DNA of 64,000 nt, taken from IMG/VR virus record IMGVR_UViG_3300025294_000154. One strand, given 5' to 3'. The position numbers were made by a program, and so were the translations under genes. Origin of the DNA: a virus. Positions 8,650 to 16,496 of the stretch are shown here, piece after piece. Below the pieces are notes generated by a model. It did not search any database. It was not told the DNA's origin and was given only the letters and a program-made list of their open reading frames with translations. The stretch's first letter is position 1. Each line of letters begins with the position of its first letter.

Positions 8650-8942
8650 AGGACTGGTGCAAGGGCTTCCCCGAGGCAACCGAATTCAGCCTGTTCCCGC
8701 CGGCCGGCCAGGTTCGAGCCTGGGCCGAGGATAAGGAGCGAACCAAGGCGCGGCTGCGCGAAGTCTTTCCCGACCTCACGTTCGCGATCACCGACATCGC
8801 TATCGACGTAAAACCGGTGGTCATCCCGATCCTTGGCGAGGCGGGTGAGGGCGGCCGGGGCATTTACGCCGCGCCACCCTCGCGGCGGAGGCATGATGAG
8901 ATCGAAGCGGCGCTGAGCCGCATCGTGATCGCTACAGATTAA
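8646..8942 (+). CDS. Hypothetical protein, convergent with cI
   Basis: MKDWCKGFPEAT...; 4-bp overlap with Zn-ribbon gene; 3' end overlaps cI 3' end. Confidence 0.6.
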   Translation: MKDWCKGFPEATEFSLFPPAGQVRAWAEDKERTKARLREVFPDLTFAITDIAIDVKPVVIPILGEAGEGGRGIYAAPPSRRRHDEIEAALSRIVIATD

Positions 8943-9705
8943 ATTCCGCCACGAGCCGGCGGACGATGGCGATGATCTCAACGGTCACGCCGTCGTCAGC
9001 CAGGCTGTCCCGCTTGATGATGATCGGCTTGTAACGCGGGTTGGTGGACCGTGGATGGAACTCCATCCGATCCTCGTAGATCTCCAGCTGCTTCACTGAC
9101 CACTCGCGCTCGTGTCCGCCGTGGCGGGTTCGCTCGACAACAACGATCATCCCGTCGCGTAGCGGGTAGCGATCGGCGATGTCCTCATATGCGAGCGCTG
9201 ATAGTCGGTCGCCGTCTTGGATCGGCCGCGGCTTAAGCGCGTTCATGCTGTCCCCCTCGACCTCGAAGCCGAGATGCCGAGCGTGAGGGAAGCGCGGGTC
9301 GCGCGTGTCGAGGAATTCTTCCGGCTCTTCCCAGTCCCCGAGATCCTCGATCGAGATAAACTCCCCGGCCTTCACCTTGCCGGCGATCTTGACCGGGACA
9401 AGCTCACCGAGGTCCACAGGCGTGACCGTCGAAGATGCAGGCGCGGTTAATCCGCTGTCTGATGATGCCGTCTCGGCTCCTCGACCTTCTGTAAGCCAAT
9501 CGATCGTTGTCCCGAGGACGCGCGCAAGGGCTTGAAGGCCATCGGCACGGGGGGATTTCGAAGCGCCTAGCCGGATATTCTTGATAAAACTCTCGCTCAG
9601 CCCAGCCTCGCGAGATGCACCTTTTGCGCTTTTCCCGGTCGCAGTCAGGCGTCGATCGATCCGTTCGATCAGCGTATTGGGAAGCTTTTCAGTCTCAGCA
9701 GCCAT
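8932..9705 (-). CDS. cI: CI-like repressor (HTH + S24 peptidase)
   Basis: N-terminal HTH (ASREAGLSESFIKNI); cleavage site KAGE; catalytic GDSM and SVK; divergent from cro. Confidence 0.92.
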   Translation of the reverse strand: MAAETEKLPNTLIERIDRRLTATGKSAKGASREAGLSESFIKNIRLGASKSPRADGLQALARVLGTTIDWLTEGRGAETASSDSGLTAPASSTVTPVDLGELVPVKIAGKVKAGEFISIEDLGDWEEPEEFLDTRDPRFPHARHLGFEVEGDSMNALKPRPIQDGDRLSALAYEDIADRYPLRDGMIVVVERTRHGGHEREWSVKQLEIYEDRMEFHPRSTNPRYKPIIIKRDSLADDGVTVEIIAIVRRLVAEFNL

Positions 9706-9779
9706 GAGCCAAAATTAGCCCGCAGGCGAGCTAAAAGCGCGGGCTAAGAATAGCCTTGACAGCGAGCTAAAAATAGCTC
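9706..9779. promoter_or_regulatory. OR operators and PR -35
   Basis: GAGCTAAAAATAGCTC 9764-9779 (identical to OL site), GGCTAAGAATAGCC 9742-9755, GAGCCAAAATTAGCCC 9706-9721; TTGACA 9756-9761. Confidence 0.8.
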
Positions 9780-9792
9780 CATGTCTTCGCGC

Positions 9793-10038
9793 ATGAACGC
9801 GATTGATGAACTCCTCGCCGTGGTCAGCGCCTTCGCGGAGGCCCGACAGCTCTCGGAATCGAGGGTTTCAACGCTCGTTTTCGGGGAGGGGACGCGGCTC
9901 AAACACCTTCGCGAAGGTGGAGACATGGGCGCCCGGCGCGTCGCGCGTGGATTGTCCTGGCTCTCGGCGAATTGGCCGAACGGCGCGCAGTGGCCGGCCG
10001 ATGTAACGCGGCCGCATACGGCGGAGGAGACGGTCTGA
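9793..10038 (+). CDS. cro: Cro-like protein (alternative start 9781)
   Basis: Small HTH (LSESRVSTLVFGEGTRLKHL), WLSANWP motif; divergent from cI. Confidence 0.8.
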   Translation: MNAIDELLAVVSAFAEARQLSESRVSTLVFGEGTRLKHLREGGDMGARRVARGLSWLSANWPNGAQWPADVTRPHTAEETV

Positions 10039-10154
10039 TGGATGTCTTTCTGGACATGTTTGTCGACGCCGTCATCGGCGCCGTTCTGGCGATGGCAGCA
10101 CTCCTTGTGCTCGCCCCGGCCGCTCTAATCGCGACCGTCATCGTGAGGTCCTGA
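10038..10154 (+). CDS. Small hydrophobic peptide (38 aa)
   Basis: MDVFLDMFVDAVIGAVLAMAALLVLAPAALIATVIVRS; start overlaps cro stop. Confidence 0.45.
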   Translation: MDVFLDMFVDAVIGAVLAMAALLVLAPAALIATVIVRS

Positions 10155-10324
10155 TCATCATGGTGGGCCTCGCGCATCCCCGTCCATCGTTTCTCTCTCC
10201 TTCGAATGCCGGTGGGGCGCGGGTTGCAGCCGGCTCTCCCCGGAAGGCCGATCCCGCCTGCGCCGCTCAGCGCTCTGCAGTTCCGTCCTCGTCTGTGAAG
10301 CCACATTCGCAGTCGGAGCTTGGA

Positions 10325-10669
10325 ATGACTGGTCAGAAGTTCGGAAAGATTGGGGTCAGTTCACCCCAGGCTTGCCCCGAGAAGGCCCTTGATTTTCTGC
10401 GCGGTCTCTATCCGTCCAAGACGGTCGAGAATGTCGCGTACGATACCGGCATCCCATCGGACACGGTCCGCAAGTGGTTCGAGGGCATCTCAAAGCCCTC
10501 ATGGGCCGGCCTATCCCGCCTGATCTTCGCCTACGGTCCAGCGTTCCTGATCGCGGTCTATCCCAAGGCTCCGGCCTGGCTCGACGAAGCCCATCGCCGC
10601 GAGCGCCACGACGCTCTGCGCGCCGAACAGCGACGCATTCAAGAACAACTCGACGCTCTAGGCGTCTGA
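10325..10669 (+). CDS. CII-position HTH regulator
   Basis: KTVENVAYDTGIPSDTVRKWFEG HTH; C-terminal coiled coil; position after cro. Confidence 0.7.
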   Translation: MTGQKFGKIGVSSPQACPEKALDFLRGLYPSKTVENVAYDTGIPSDTVRKWFEGISKPSWAGLSRLIFAYGPAFLIAVYPKAPAWLDEAHRRERHDALRAEQRRIQEQLDALGV

Positions 10670-10686
10670 ACCCGAAAGGAGAGGCC

Positions 10687-10836
10687 ATGCGGGGCCTTCT
10701 CGCCCTTCTATTGGTCGGATTGTCTTGGCTCCTAGCCTGGGCGTCCCGCCTGACGATGTTTCCAGCAGCGGTCTTCGCCGACGGCGCGGAATGGTGCGAC
10801 CGGCAGGCCCGTAATCTTTCGGAGCCGGCACCATGA
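10687..10836 (+). CDS. Small membrane protein (49 aa)
   Basis: MRGLLALLLVGLSWLLAWAS; GGAG RBS; ATGA overlap. Confidence 0.5.
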   Translation: MRGLLALLLVGLSWLLAWASRLTMFPAAVFADGAEWCDRQARNLSEPAP

Positions 10837-11264
10837 CTGACGCGCGATCCTGGAAAGACGAGGCTCGCCGCCTGATCAATAGCGGTATGTCGGTCAAGGC
10901 AGCATCTGCTGCGGTCGGAAAGCATGAATCCACGATCCGGGTGGCGCTCGACATCAATGGCGCGAAGGAGCGGAGAGCTTCATGGCGCACCCGCAACCGG
11001 GTTGAATCGAAGGCGAACGAAAAGCTGCGTGAGCGGCACGCAATTGGATCCTACGGCGCTGATCCTATCAAGCGGCCACTGACACTGCCTCGCATCAGTC
11101 TTCTCGCCCAGACTGACGAAGATCAGCGAGCCATCCGGTTCGCCCCTCGCACTCGCGTTTCGTCGTCCTCGGATGGAGCCGAGCGCTGGCGGCAGGTCCA
11201 TCGGGCGATGATCCGCGCCGGCAAGCTGCCCGAGCCCGGCCTTCCCGAACAACTCCACCACTGA
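10833..11264 (+). CDS. Phage HTH-like hypothetical protein
   Basis: GMSVKAASAAVGKHESTIRVAL HTH-like; coupled. Confidence 0.6.
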   Translation: MTDARSWKDEARRLINSGMSVKAASAAVGKHESTIRVALDINGAKERRASWRTRNRVESKANEKLRERHAIGSYGADPIKRPLTLPRISLLAQTDEDQRAIRFAPRTRVSSSSDGAERWRQVHRAMIRAGKLPEPGLPEQLHH

Positions 11265-11289
11265 CTATCAGCAGCAGGAGCACGCAGAC

Positions 11290-11802
11290 ATGACACAGGA
11301 ATCGGAAGCCCCAATCAAACTGCCATCGGCGACGGTGGTGAAGGCGTTGTTCGCCGAGGCTAATAAGGTCAAGGAGCAGCTTTCCAGCATCTCCGGGTCG
11401 TTCGGAGACCGCATCAAGACCCAGATCGAGATCGGCAACCTCTGCGGCCCCGCTTTCCGGCAAGCCGCGTCGATCTTCAAGAAGGCCCGGAACAACGAAC
11501 TGAAGGCGAAGGAGCATCTCTATCACCTCCGTGCCTACCTCGATTGGGTCGAGGAGGACATGTTCAACAAGGGTCACGTCGGTGACCTGGCCTCCATGGC
11601 GCAGGAAGGCGACGAAGGCGAAGATGAGCCGGCGGAGACGGCTGCCGAGGCCGCCGACCGAATTTTCACCGAGCAGAACCGCGAGAACGCCGGAGAGGCC
11701 CTCGATCTGGATGGACTGAAGGCGAAGCCAGGCCGCAAGCGTCGCGAGCCAAAGGCCGAGCCCGCAGAAGAGCAGGGCGGCACGTTCTCCCGCGTCCACT
11801 GA
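11290..11802 (+). CDS. Phage hypothetical protein, possibly GapR/DUF2312-like
   Basis: Helical N-terminal ~90 aa with GapR-like spacing; acidic tail; GGAG RBS. Confidence 0.55.
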   Translation: MTQESEAPIKLPSATVVKALFAEANKVKEQLSSISGSFGDRIKTQIEIGNLCGPAFRQAASIFKKARNNELKAKEHLYHLRAYLDWVEEDMFNKGHVGDLASMAQEGDEGEDEPAETAAEAADRIFTEQNRENAGEALDLDGLKAKPGRKRREPKAEPAEEQGGTFSRVH

Positions 11803-12365
11803 TGTTCACGGTCGGCCTCGATCTCGGAACGGTGTCGGGGGTCGCCATAGGCGACTCACGCATCAACCACCCCTCGCAGCTTGAGAGCTTTTCGATGCGC
11901 TTCCGTAAGCCTCATGAGCCGTTTCAGATGGCTGGCTTCAATATCGAGGCATGGCTGACGCAGGCGTTCATCAAGCCGCTGCCGCATTACTCGAAGCCAG
12001 ATCTCATCATTGCAGAAGCGATGATCCCAATCGCAGCTCAGAAGTCAGACGACGCGGCGATGGTCGCGGTCTCGCTGGACCAGGGTCTATTCAATTTCTG
12101 CAAGCGGTTCAGCGTCCGTCTTGAGCGTGTCGCGCGTTCGACGGCCTGCGTTCACTTCATCGGCCAAGGTCGTAAGCGCAAAGGGTCGGACGAGGACATC
12201 AAGCAGCTTGTCGCCCGGCAGTGCTACCTGCTCGGCTATACCGACGTCATCCTTCCGAAGGCCAAGCGTGACCAGTCCGACGCAATCTGCTGTTGGGATT
12301 TTGGGGTTGCGACCTATGCGCGCCGACGCCCGGCTGGGGTTTCTCTGCTGGGAGGTGCCGCGTGA
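11802..12365 (+). CDS. RuvC-like Holliday junction resolvase
   Basis: VGLDLG, IIAE, DQSDA acidic motifs. Confidence 0.8.
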   Translation: MFTVGLDLGTVSGVAIGDSRINHPSQLESFSMRFRKPHEPFQMAGFNIEAWLTQAFIKPLPHYSKPDLIIAEAMIPIAAQKSDDAAMVAVSLDQGLFNFCKRFSVRLERVARSTACVHFIGQGRKRKGSDEDIKQLVARQCYLLGYTDVILPKAKRDQSDAICCWDFGVATYARRRPAGVSLLGGAA

Positions 12366-12700
12366 TGCAAAGTGGTTTAACGCCGCGCCAGCTCGACCTG
12401 TTGGAATATCTCCGCGACTTCATCCGGCGCGAAGGCCACTCGCCATCGTTCCAGCAGATGCTCTCGGCGGTCGACCTCAAGTCGAAAAGCGGCATCCATC
12501 GGCTCGTGGATAGCCTGGAAGAGCGTGGCTACATCCGTCGGCTGCACAATCGGGCGCGGGCCATCGTGCTGATAGACGAGCCTGACCGGCTTTCCCACGC
12601 CGCCGAGATCCATCTCAAGGCCTACTGCCAGCGTCACCGAGTATCGCGCGAGCAAGCTGTCGCGGTGGCCTTGGAAAGCTACTTCGGGGGCGCGGTATGA
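12365..12700 (+). CDS. LexA-type winged-HTH protein lacking a peptidase domain
   Basis: LTPRQLDLLEYLRDFIRREGHSPSFQQM...SKSGIHRLVDSLEERGYIRR..RARAI. Confidence 0.85.
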   Translation: MQSGLTPRQLDLLEYLRDFIRREGHSPSFQQMLSAVDLKSKSGIHRLVDSLEERGYIRRLHNRARAIVLIDEPDRLSHAAEIHLKAYCQRHRVSREQAVAVALESYFGGAV

Positions 12701-13296
12701 CGGCCGTGATTCAGAACCGCCGGCCCGAGGCCGCCCATATCTGGGATCGCGAGGAGAACGAGCATTACGTCGAACCGCTGTGGGTTGGGCGTCGCTTGTT
12801 CGACGTGGAGCGCTTCGACGGATTGGTGTGCGACCCCTGTTGCGGTCTCGGCAATATGCTCGCGGGTGCAGAGGCAGCTGGCCTTCCAACGGAAGGCTAT
12901 GACTTAGTCGACCGCGGGGCGCCGCAGCTTGAGGCAACACGAGACTTCCTGACCTCGACGGATCGGTTCCCAAACTTCGTGGGAAACCCGCCGTTCGAAC
13001 TTGGCCGAGAATTCGCTCTGCATGCCTTGTCCCTCGCTGAGCGCAAGGTGGCTTTCGTATACCCGCTGCGTCGTCTTCCTGCTGCATGGAAGTGGTTGAA
13101 GGCCACGCCGCTCTACCGCGTCTGGCTGCTGTGCCCCCGGCCATCCATGCCGCCAGGGCACGAGTACGTTGAACTCCAGGCCGTTGGCAGGACGCCATCG
13201 GGCGGGAAACAGGACTTCGTCATCCTCGTCTGGCTCAAGGGCTACGAAGGAATCCCAACGATCGACGACCTCCAGCGAGACGGAGCCTCGGAATGA
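12697..13296 (+). CDS. Orphan amino-(N6A/N4C) DNA methyltransferase-like protein
   Basis: Motif I DPCCGLG, motif IV NPPF. Confidence 0.75.
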   Translation: MTAVIQNRRPEAAHIWDREENEHYVEPLWVGRRLFDVERFDGLVCDPCCGLGNMLAGAEAAGLPTEGYDLVDRGAPQLEATRDFLTSTDRFPNFVGNPPFELGREFALHALSLAERKVAFVYPLRRLPAAWKWLKATPLYRVWLLCPRPSMPPGHEYVELQAVGRTPSGGKQDFVILVWLKGYEGIPTIDDLQRDGASE

Positions 13297-13553
13297 TCCC
13301 CGACATCGTAGATAGCGGAGCTCTCGGCTGGACGCTCGGGATATCCACGCGCTCCAATGGCAGTGGTGAGGCAAAGCTCACCTGGGACGGCCAAGGCAAG
13401 CTGAACCCAGACTTCCATGTGGGCATGGGAAGCCCGGCTGCCGCGCTCGAAACCGTGCTGAATCGGGTTGTGCGTAACGGTGGCGTATCGCCTCTAGATG
13501 TGCCGGTCCTCGTCGGCGTCCTCGTTGGCCATTTCCAGGCGAGAGCGCGATGA
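13293..13553 (+). CDS. Phage hypothetical protein
   Basis: 4-bp overlaps on both sides. Confidence 0.55.
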   Translation: MIPDIVDSGALGWTLGISTRSNGSGEAKLTWDGQGKLNPDFHVGMGSPAAALETVLNRVVRNGGVSPLDVPVLVGVLVGHFQARAR

Positions 13554-14974
13554 ACGTCCACGCGCCAGACCAATTCTCCGACTGGTTCCGTGAAATCTCC
13601 GAAACGGAGATGGCGCTTGTGGCTGGCATGCTGATGGCGCCGCCGGCGATCAGCTCGGTGATGCTGACTGGCCTGACCGAGGAGCATTTCGGCGACATGT
13701 CCGCGGCGGCCCTCTACCGCCGCACCTTGGATATCGTCGCGCGTGGCGGTGTCATCGACTTCCGGACCGTCATTCAGGGCGGCGCATCTCTCCTGATGGG
13801 CGAGTCAGGCACGATTAATGACCTGATGGCTCGCATGGCGGCAATCGCAGCTCCACCCGGCTCTCTAGCGGAGTACGCCAAGATCATTCGTAGCGCCTGG
13901 GTGCTGCGACGCATCTTCGACGCGGCCGATGGCGCCCGCAGTCAGATCGCGACAGCCGACGTCACTAACATGGCGAAGGGGCTGATCGACGCGGTCGATG
14001 AGCTTCGAGACGCGGCCAATGACCAGCGCCGCTCGAACCGGGGAAGCCTATCGACGATCGCAGAGCAGGTCGGCCGCGAAGCCGAGGCGATGCTTCGCGG
14101 CGAGGTCCAGCGACCACCATCGACAGGCATTGAGGACCTTGATCGCCATCTCCCGTTGCGCGGTCTGGCACCTGGAGCGCTCTACGTTCTCGCCGGGCGG
14201 ACTGGGCAGGGCAAGACGATGATGGGGGCTGCTCTCGCCTCGAAGATGTGCCGGCGTGGTGACGGCGCGCTCTATTTCTCGCTTGAGGTCCCATCGAAGG
14301 AGATCGCTGCCCGCATCATTTGCGAGCGTCTCGGCGGGAAGGGGCCAACCTACGGTAACGTTCTCTCCGGGCACGCAACCGAGAACGAACTGGAGAGCTA
14401 TCTCTGGGCCGCCCATGAATCGAAGAAGGAGCCGCTCCACCTCGACGATACGCCCGGCCTTAGCATGGCCGATATCCTCGTCGAGGGAAGGAAGTATGCC
14501 GATCGGCTCGACAAGCAGGGCAAGCGCCTCCGCCTCGCCATCGTTGACCACGCCATGCTGGTAAAGCCATCCGGCCGATATCAGGGAAACAAGGTCAACG
14601 AGCTCGGCGAGATCGCCAACGCCGCCAAGGTCATGGCGAAAAACCTAGATTGCACCGTCATGCTCTGCTGCCAACTCGCCCGAGCGGTAGAGCAGCGCGA
14701 TGACAAGCGACCGAACCTCTCGGACCTGCGTGCCTCTGGCGAGATCGAAGAGGCTGCTGATGCCGTCCTGATGCTCTACCGCGAGCACTATTACGCCACG
14801 CGGACGGAAGCCTACCGTCGCGGCAACGAAGCCGCGCAGGAACAAGCGGACGCGATCAAGAACGACCTAGAGGTCGGCGTCGAGAAGAGCCGACAGGGGC
14901 AGACCGGCCGCGTCAACTTGTGGTGCGACCCAGGCCGCTCGATCGTCGCAGCGCGCTTCGGAGGTGGCCGATGA
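13550..14974 (+). CDS. dnaB: Phage replicative DNA helicase (DnaB family)
   Basis: Walker A GRTGQGKT, FSLEV, IVDH, QLAR, DLRASGEIEEAADAV, KSRQG. Confidence 0.95.
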   Translation: MNVHAPDQFSDWFREISETEMALVAGMLMAPPAISSVMLTGLTEEHFGDMSAAALYRRTLDIVARGGVIDFRTVIQGGASLLMGESGTINDLMARMAAIAAPPGSLAEYAKIIRSAWVLRRIFDAADGARSQIATADVTNMAKGLIDAVDELRDAANDQRRSNRGSLSTIAEQVGREAEAMLRGEVQRPPSTGIEDLDRHLPLRGLAPGALYVLAGRTGQGKTMMGAALASKMCRRGDGALYFSLEVPSKEIAARIICERLGGKGPTYGNVLSGHATENELESYLWAAHESKKEPLHLDDTPGLSMADILVEGRKYADRLDKQGKRLRLAIVDHAMLVKPSGRYQGNKVNELGEIANAAKVMAKNLDCTVMLCCQLARAVEQRDDKRPNLSDLRASGEIEEAADAVLMLYREHYYATRTEAYRRGNEAAQEQADAIKNDLEVGVEKSRQGQTGRVNLWCDPGRSIVAARFGGGR

Positions 14975-15873
14975 GCGAACGCGGCGTCTTTGCAGTTGAT
15001 CGGGGCATCTGGGATCACGAGAGCTTCGCGAAGGACCCGTTCACCGAGCGGGAGGCCTTCATCTGGCTCGTGGGCGAAGCCTCGTATCGGCAAAGGAAGG
15101 CGCGCGTTGGTTCGGTCGTCGTGGATCTGGCCCGAGGCCAAGTCGCCCACTCCTATCGTTTCATGGCAGAGCGCTGGAAGTGGTCACTCGGAAAGGTGCA
15201 GCGATTTCTCAAGCGCCTCGAAACCGATACGATCATCGAGACGCAATCCGATACAGGCGCGCTCGTCGTAACTATTTGCAATTACGACAAATATCAGAAA
15301 GTCAGTCTCCCAAGCGATACGCCATCCGATACGGCTGGCGATACGCAACCGATACGCGAGCGATACAGATTAGAAGACAGGAAAACCAAGGAAATATCCT
15401 CAGAGACTTCGTCTCTTCGGAGCGCTGCCGCGCCCGATGCCGGCGAGAAGGCGAAGCCAGAGCGGCAGCTTGTCCTGGAAGAACTCACGGCTGTTGTCAG
15501 TCCCGAGCGAGCGCAGGCCATCGTTGATCATCGGAAGCGCATCAAGGCCCCGCTCGGAGCGCATGCCGCCAAGCTGCTCGCGAAGAGCCTAGCCAGATCT
15601 CAGAACCCAAATTCAGCGGCTGATCTGATGATCGAGCGCGGCTGGCGCGGCTTCGACCCGGCTTGGGCTCCAGCCCAGTCGCTCGCTCCAGCTGCACCGC
15701 CGGCGCCTGCCCCAGCCGACGAAGACGCCCAATGGCGCCGAAAGCTCAAGCGCTGGCGCGAGACGGGTGAGTGGAATGGGCATTGGGGAAATCACCCCGA
15801 AACTCCCGGATTCCAAGCCATCTGCCCGAAAAACATCCTCCGCGAATTTAACCTCGAAAGGCCCGCTGCATGA
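14971..15873 (+). CDS. Phage replication initiator (O-like)
   Basis: EAFIWLVGEA..LARGQVAHSYRFMAERWKWS..KVQRFL..TICNYDKYQ winged-helix pattern. Confidence 0.75.
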   Translation: MSERGVFAVDRGIWDHESFAKDPFTEREAFIWLVGEASYRQRKARVGSVVVDLARGQVAHSYRFMAERWKWSLGKVQRFLKRLETDTIIETQSDTGALVVTICNYDKYQKVSLPSDTPSDTAGDTQPIRERYRLEDRKTKEISSETSSLRSAAAPDAGEKAKPERQLVLEELTAVVSPERAQAIVDHRKRIKAPLGAHAAKLLAKSLARSQNPNSAADLMIERGWRGFDPAWAPAQSLAPAAPPAPAPADEDAQWRRKLKRWRETGEWNGHWGNHPETPGFQAICPKNILREFNLERPAA

Positions 15874-16169
15874 CCGACACGAAGCTCATCCGCGACTTCT
15901 GGGCCGAACCGTCACCCAGGCGAAACGGCTGGATCGGCCGGTATCAGGCGCCGGGCGTCGGTGTCTGCACCGTGAAGGTCGAGGGCGCGGTGCTCCGGGA
16001 GAGCGGCAAGCCGGTGGCAAAAGTCTTCGAAACGAAGATCGAAGCCGAGATGGCTGCGGCTCGGGCCAAGGATTTTGCCGAGGATCGCCATCGGCGGCCG
16101 CCTAGCCCCGCCGCTCAGGTTTTCCAAGCCGTCGGCACCGGCCGCAACCGCCGCGCCATCGCCATCTAG
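15870..16169 (+). CDS. Phage hypothetical protein
   Basis: ATGA-coupled to initiator. Confidence 0.55.
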   Translation: MTDTKLIRDFWAEPSPRRNGWIGRYQAPGVGVCTVKVEGAVLRESGKPVAKVFETKIEAEMAAARAKDFAEDRHRRPPSPAAQVFQAVGTGRNRRAIAI

Positions 16170-16223
16170 CATTCCGTCATCGGCGGAATATCCCGGCCCA
16201 TAGCGGCCCTAACGGAGAAGACC

Positions 16224-16496
16224 ATGACCAAGAATGAATTCGTCGCTGCGCTGGCTGCCGAGGCGGGCGTCAAGAAGACCGAGGCTGAAGCCTTTCTCGC
16301 CGCTCAGGCTCTCGTCCTGCGCAAGGCGCTGAAGGCCGGCGACGACGTCACGCTGCCGAACGTCGGCAAGCTTTCGACGGCCAAGCGCGAAGCGCGGGAG
16401 GCACGGAGCCCCGCCACCGGCGCGACCATCCAGGTCCCGGCGAAAACCGTCGTGAAGTTCAAGGTCACCAAGGATCTCGCTGACACCGTCGCTTGA
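16224..16496 (+). CDS. HU-family DNA-binding protein
   Basis: MTKNEFV..GDDVTLPNVGKL..REARSPATGATIQVPAK..VKFK. Confidence 0.93.
   Translation: MTKNEFVAALAAEAGVKKTEAEAFLAAQALVLRKALKAGDDVTLPNVGKLSTAKREAREARSPATGATIQVPAKTVVKFKVTKDLADTVA

Noticed and set aside
8290-8679. 129-aa minus-strand ORF across the LexA box
   Set aside because: Overlaps the better-supported Zn-ribbon gene; no motif
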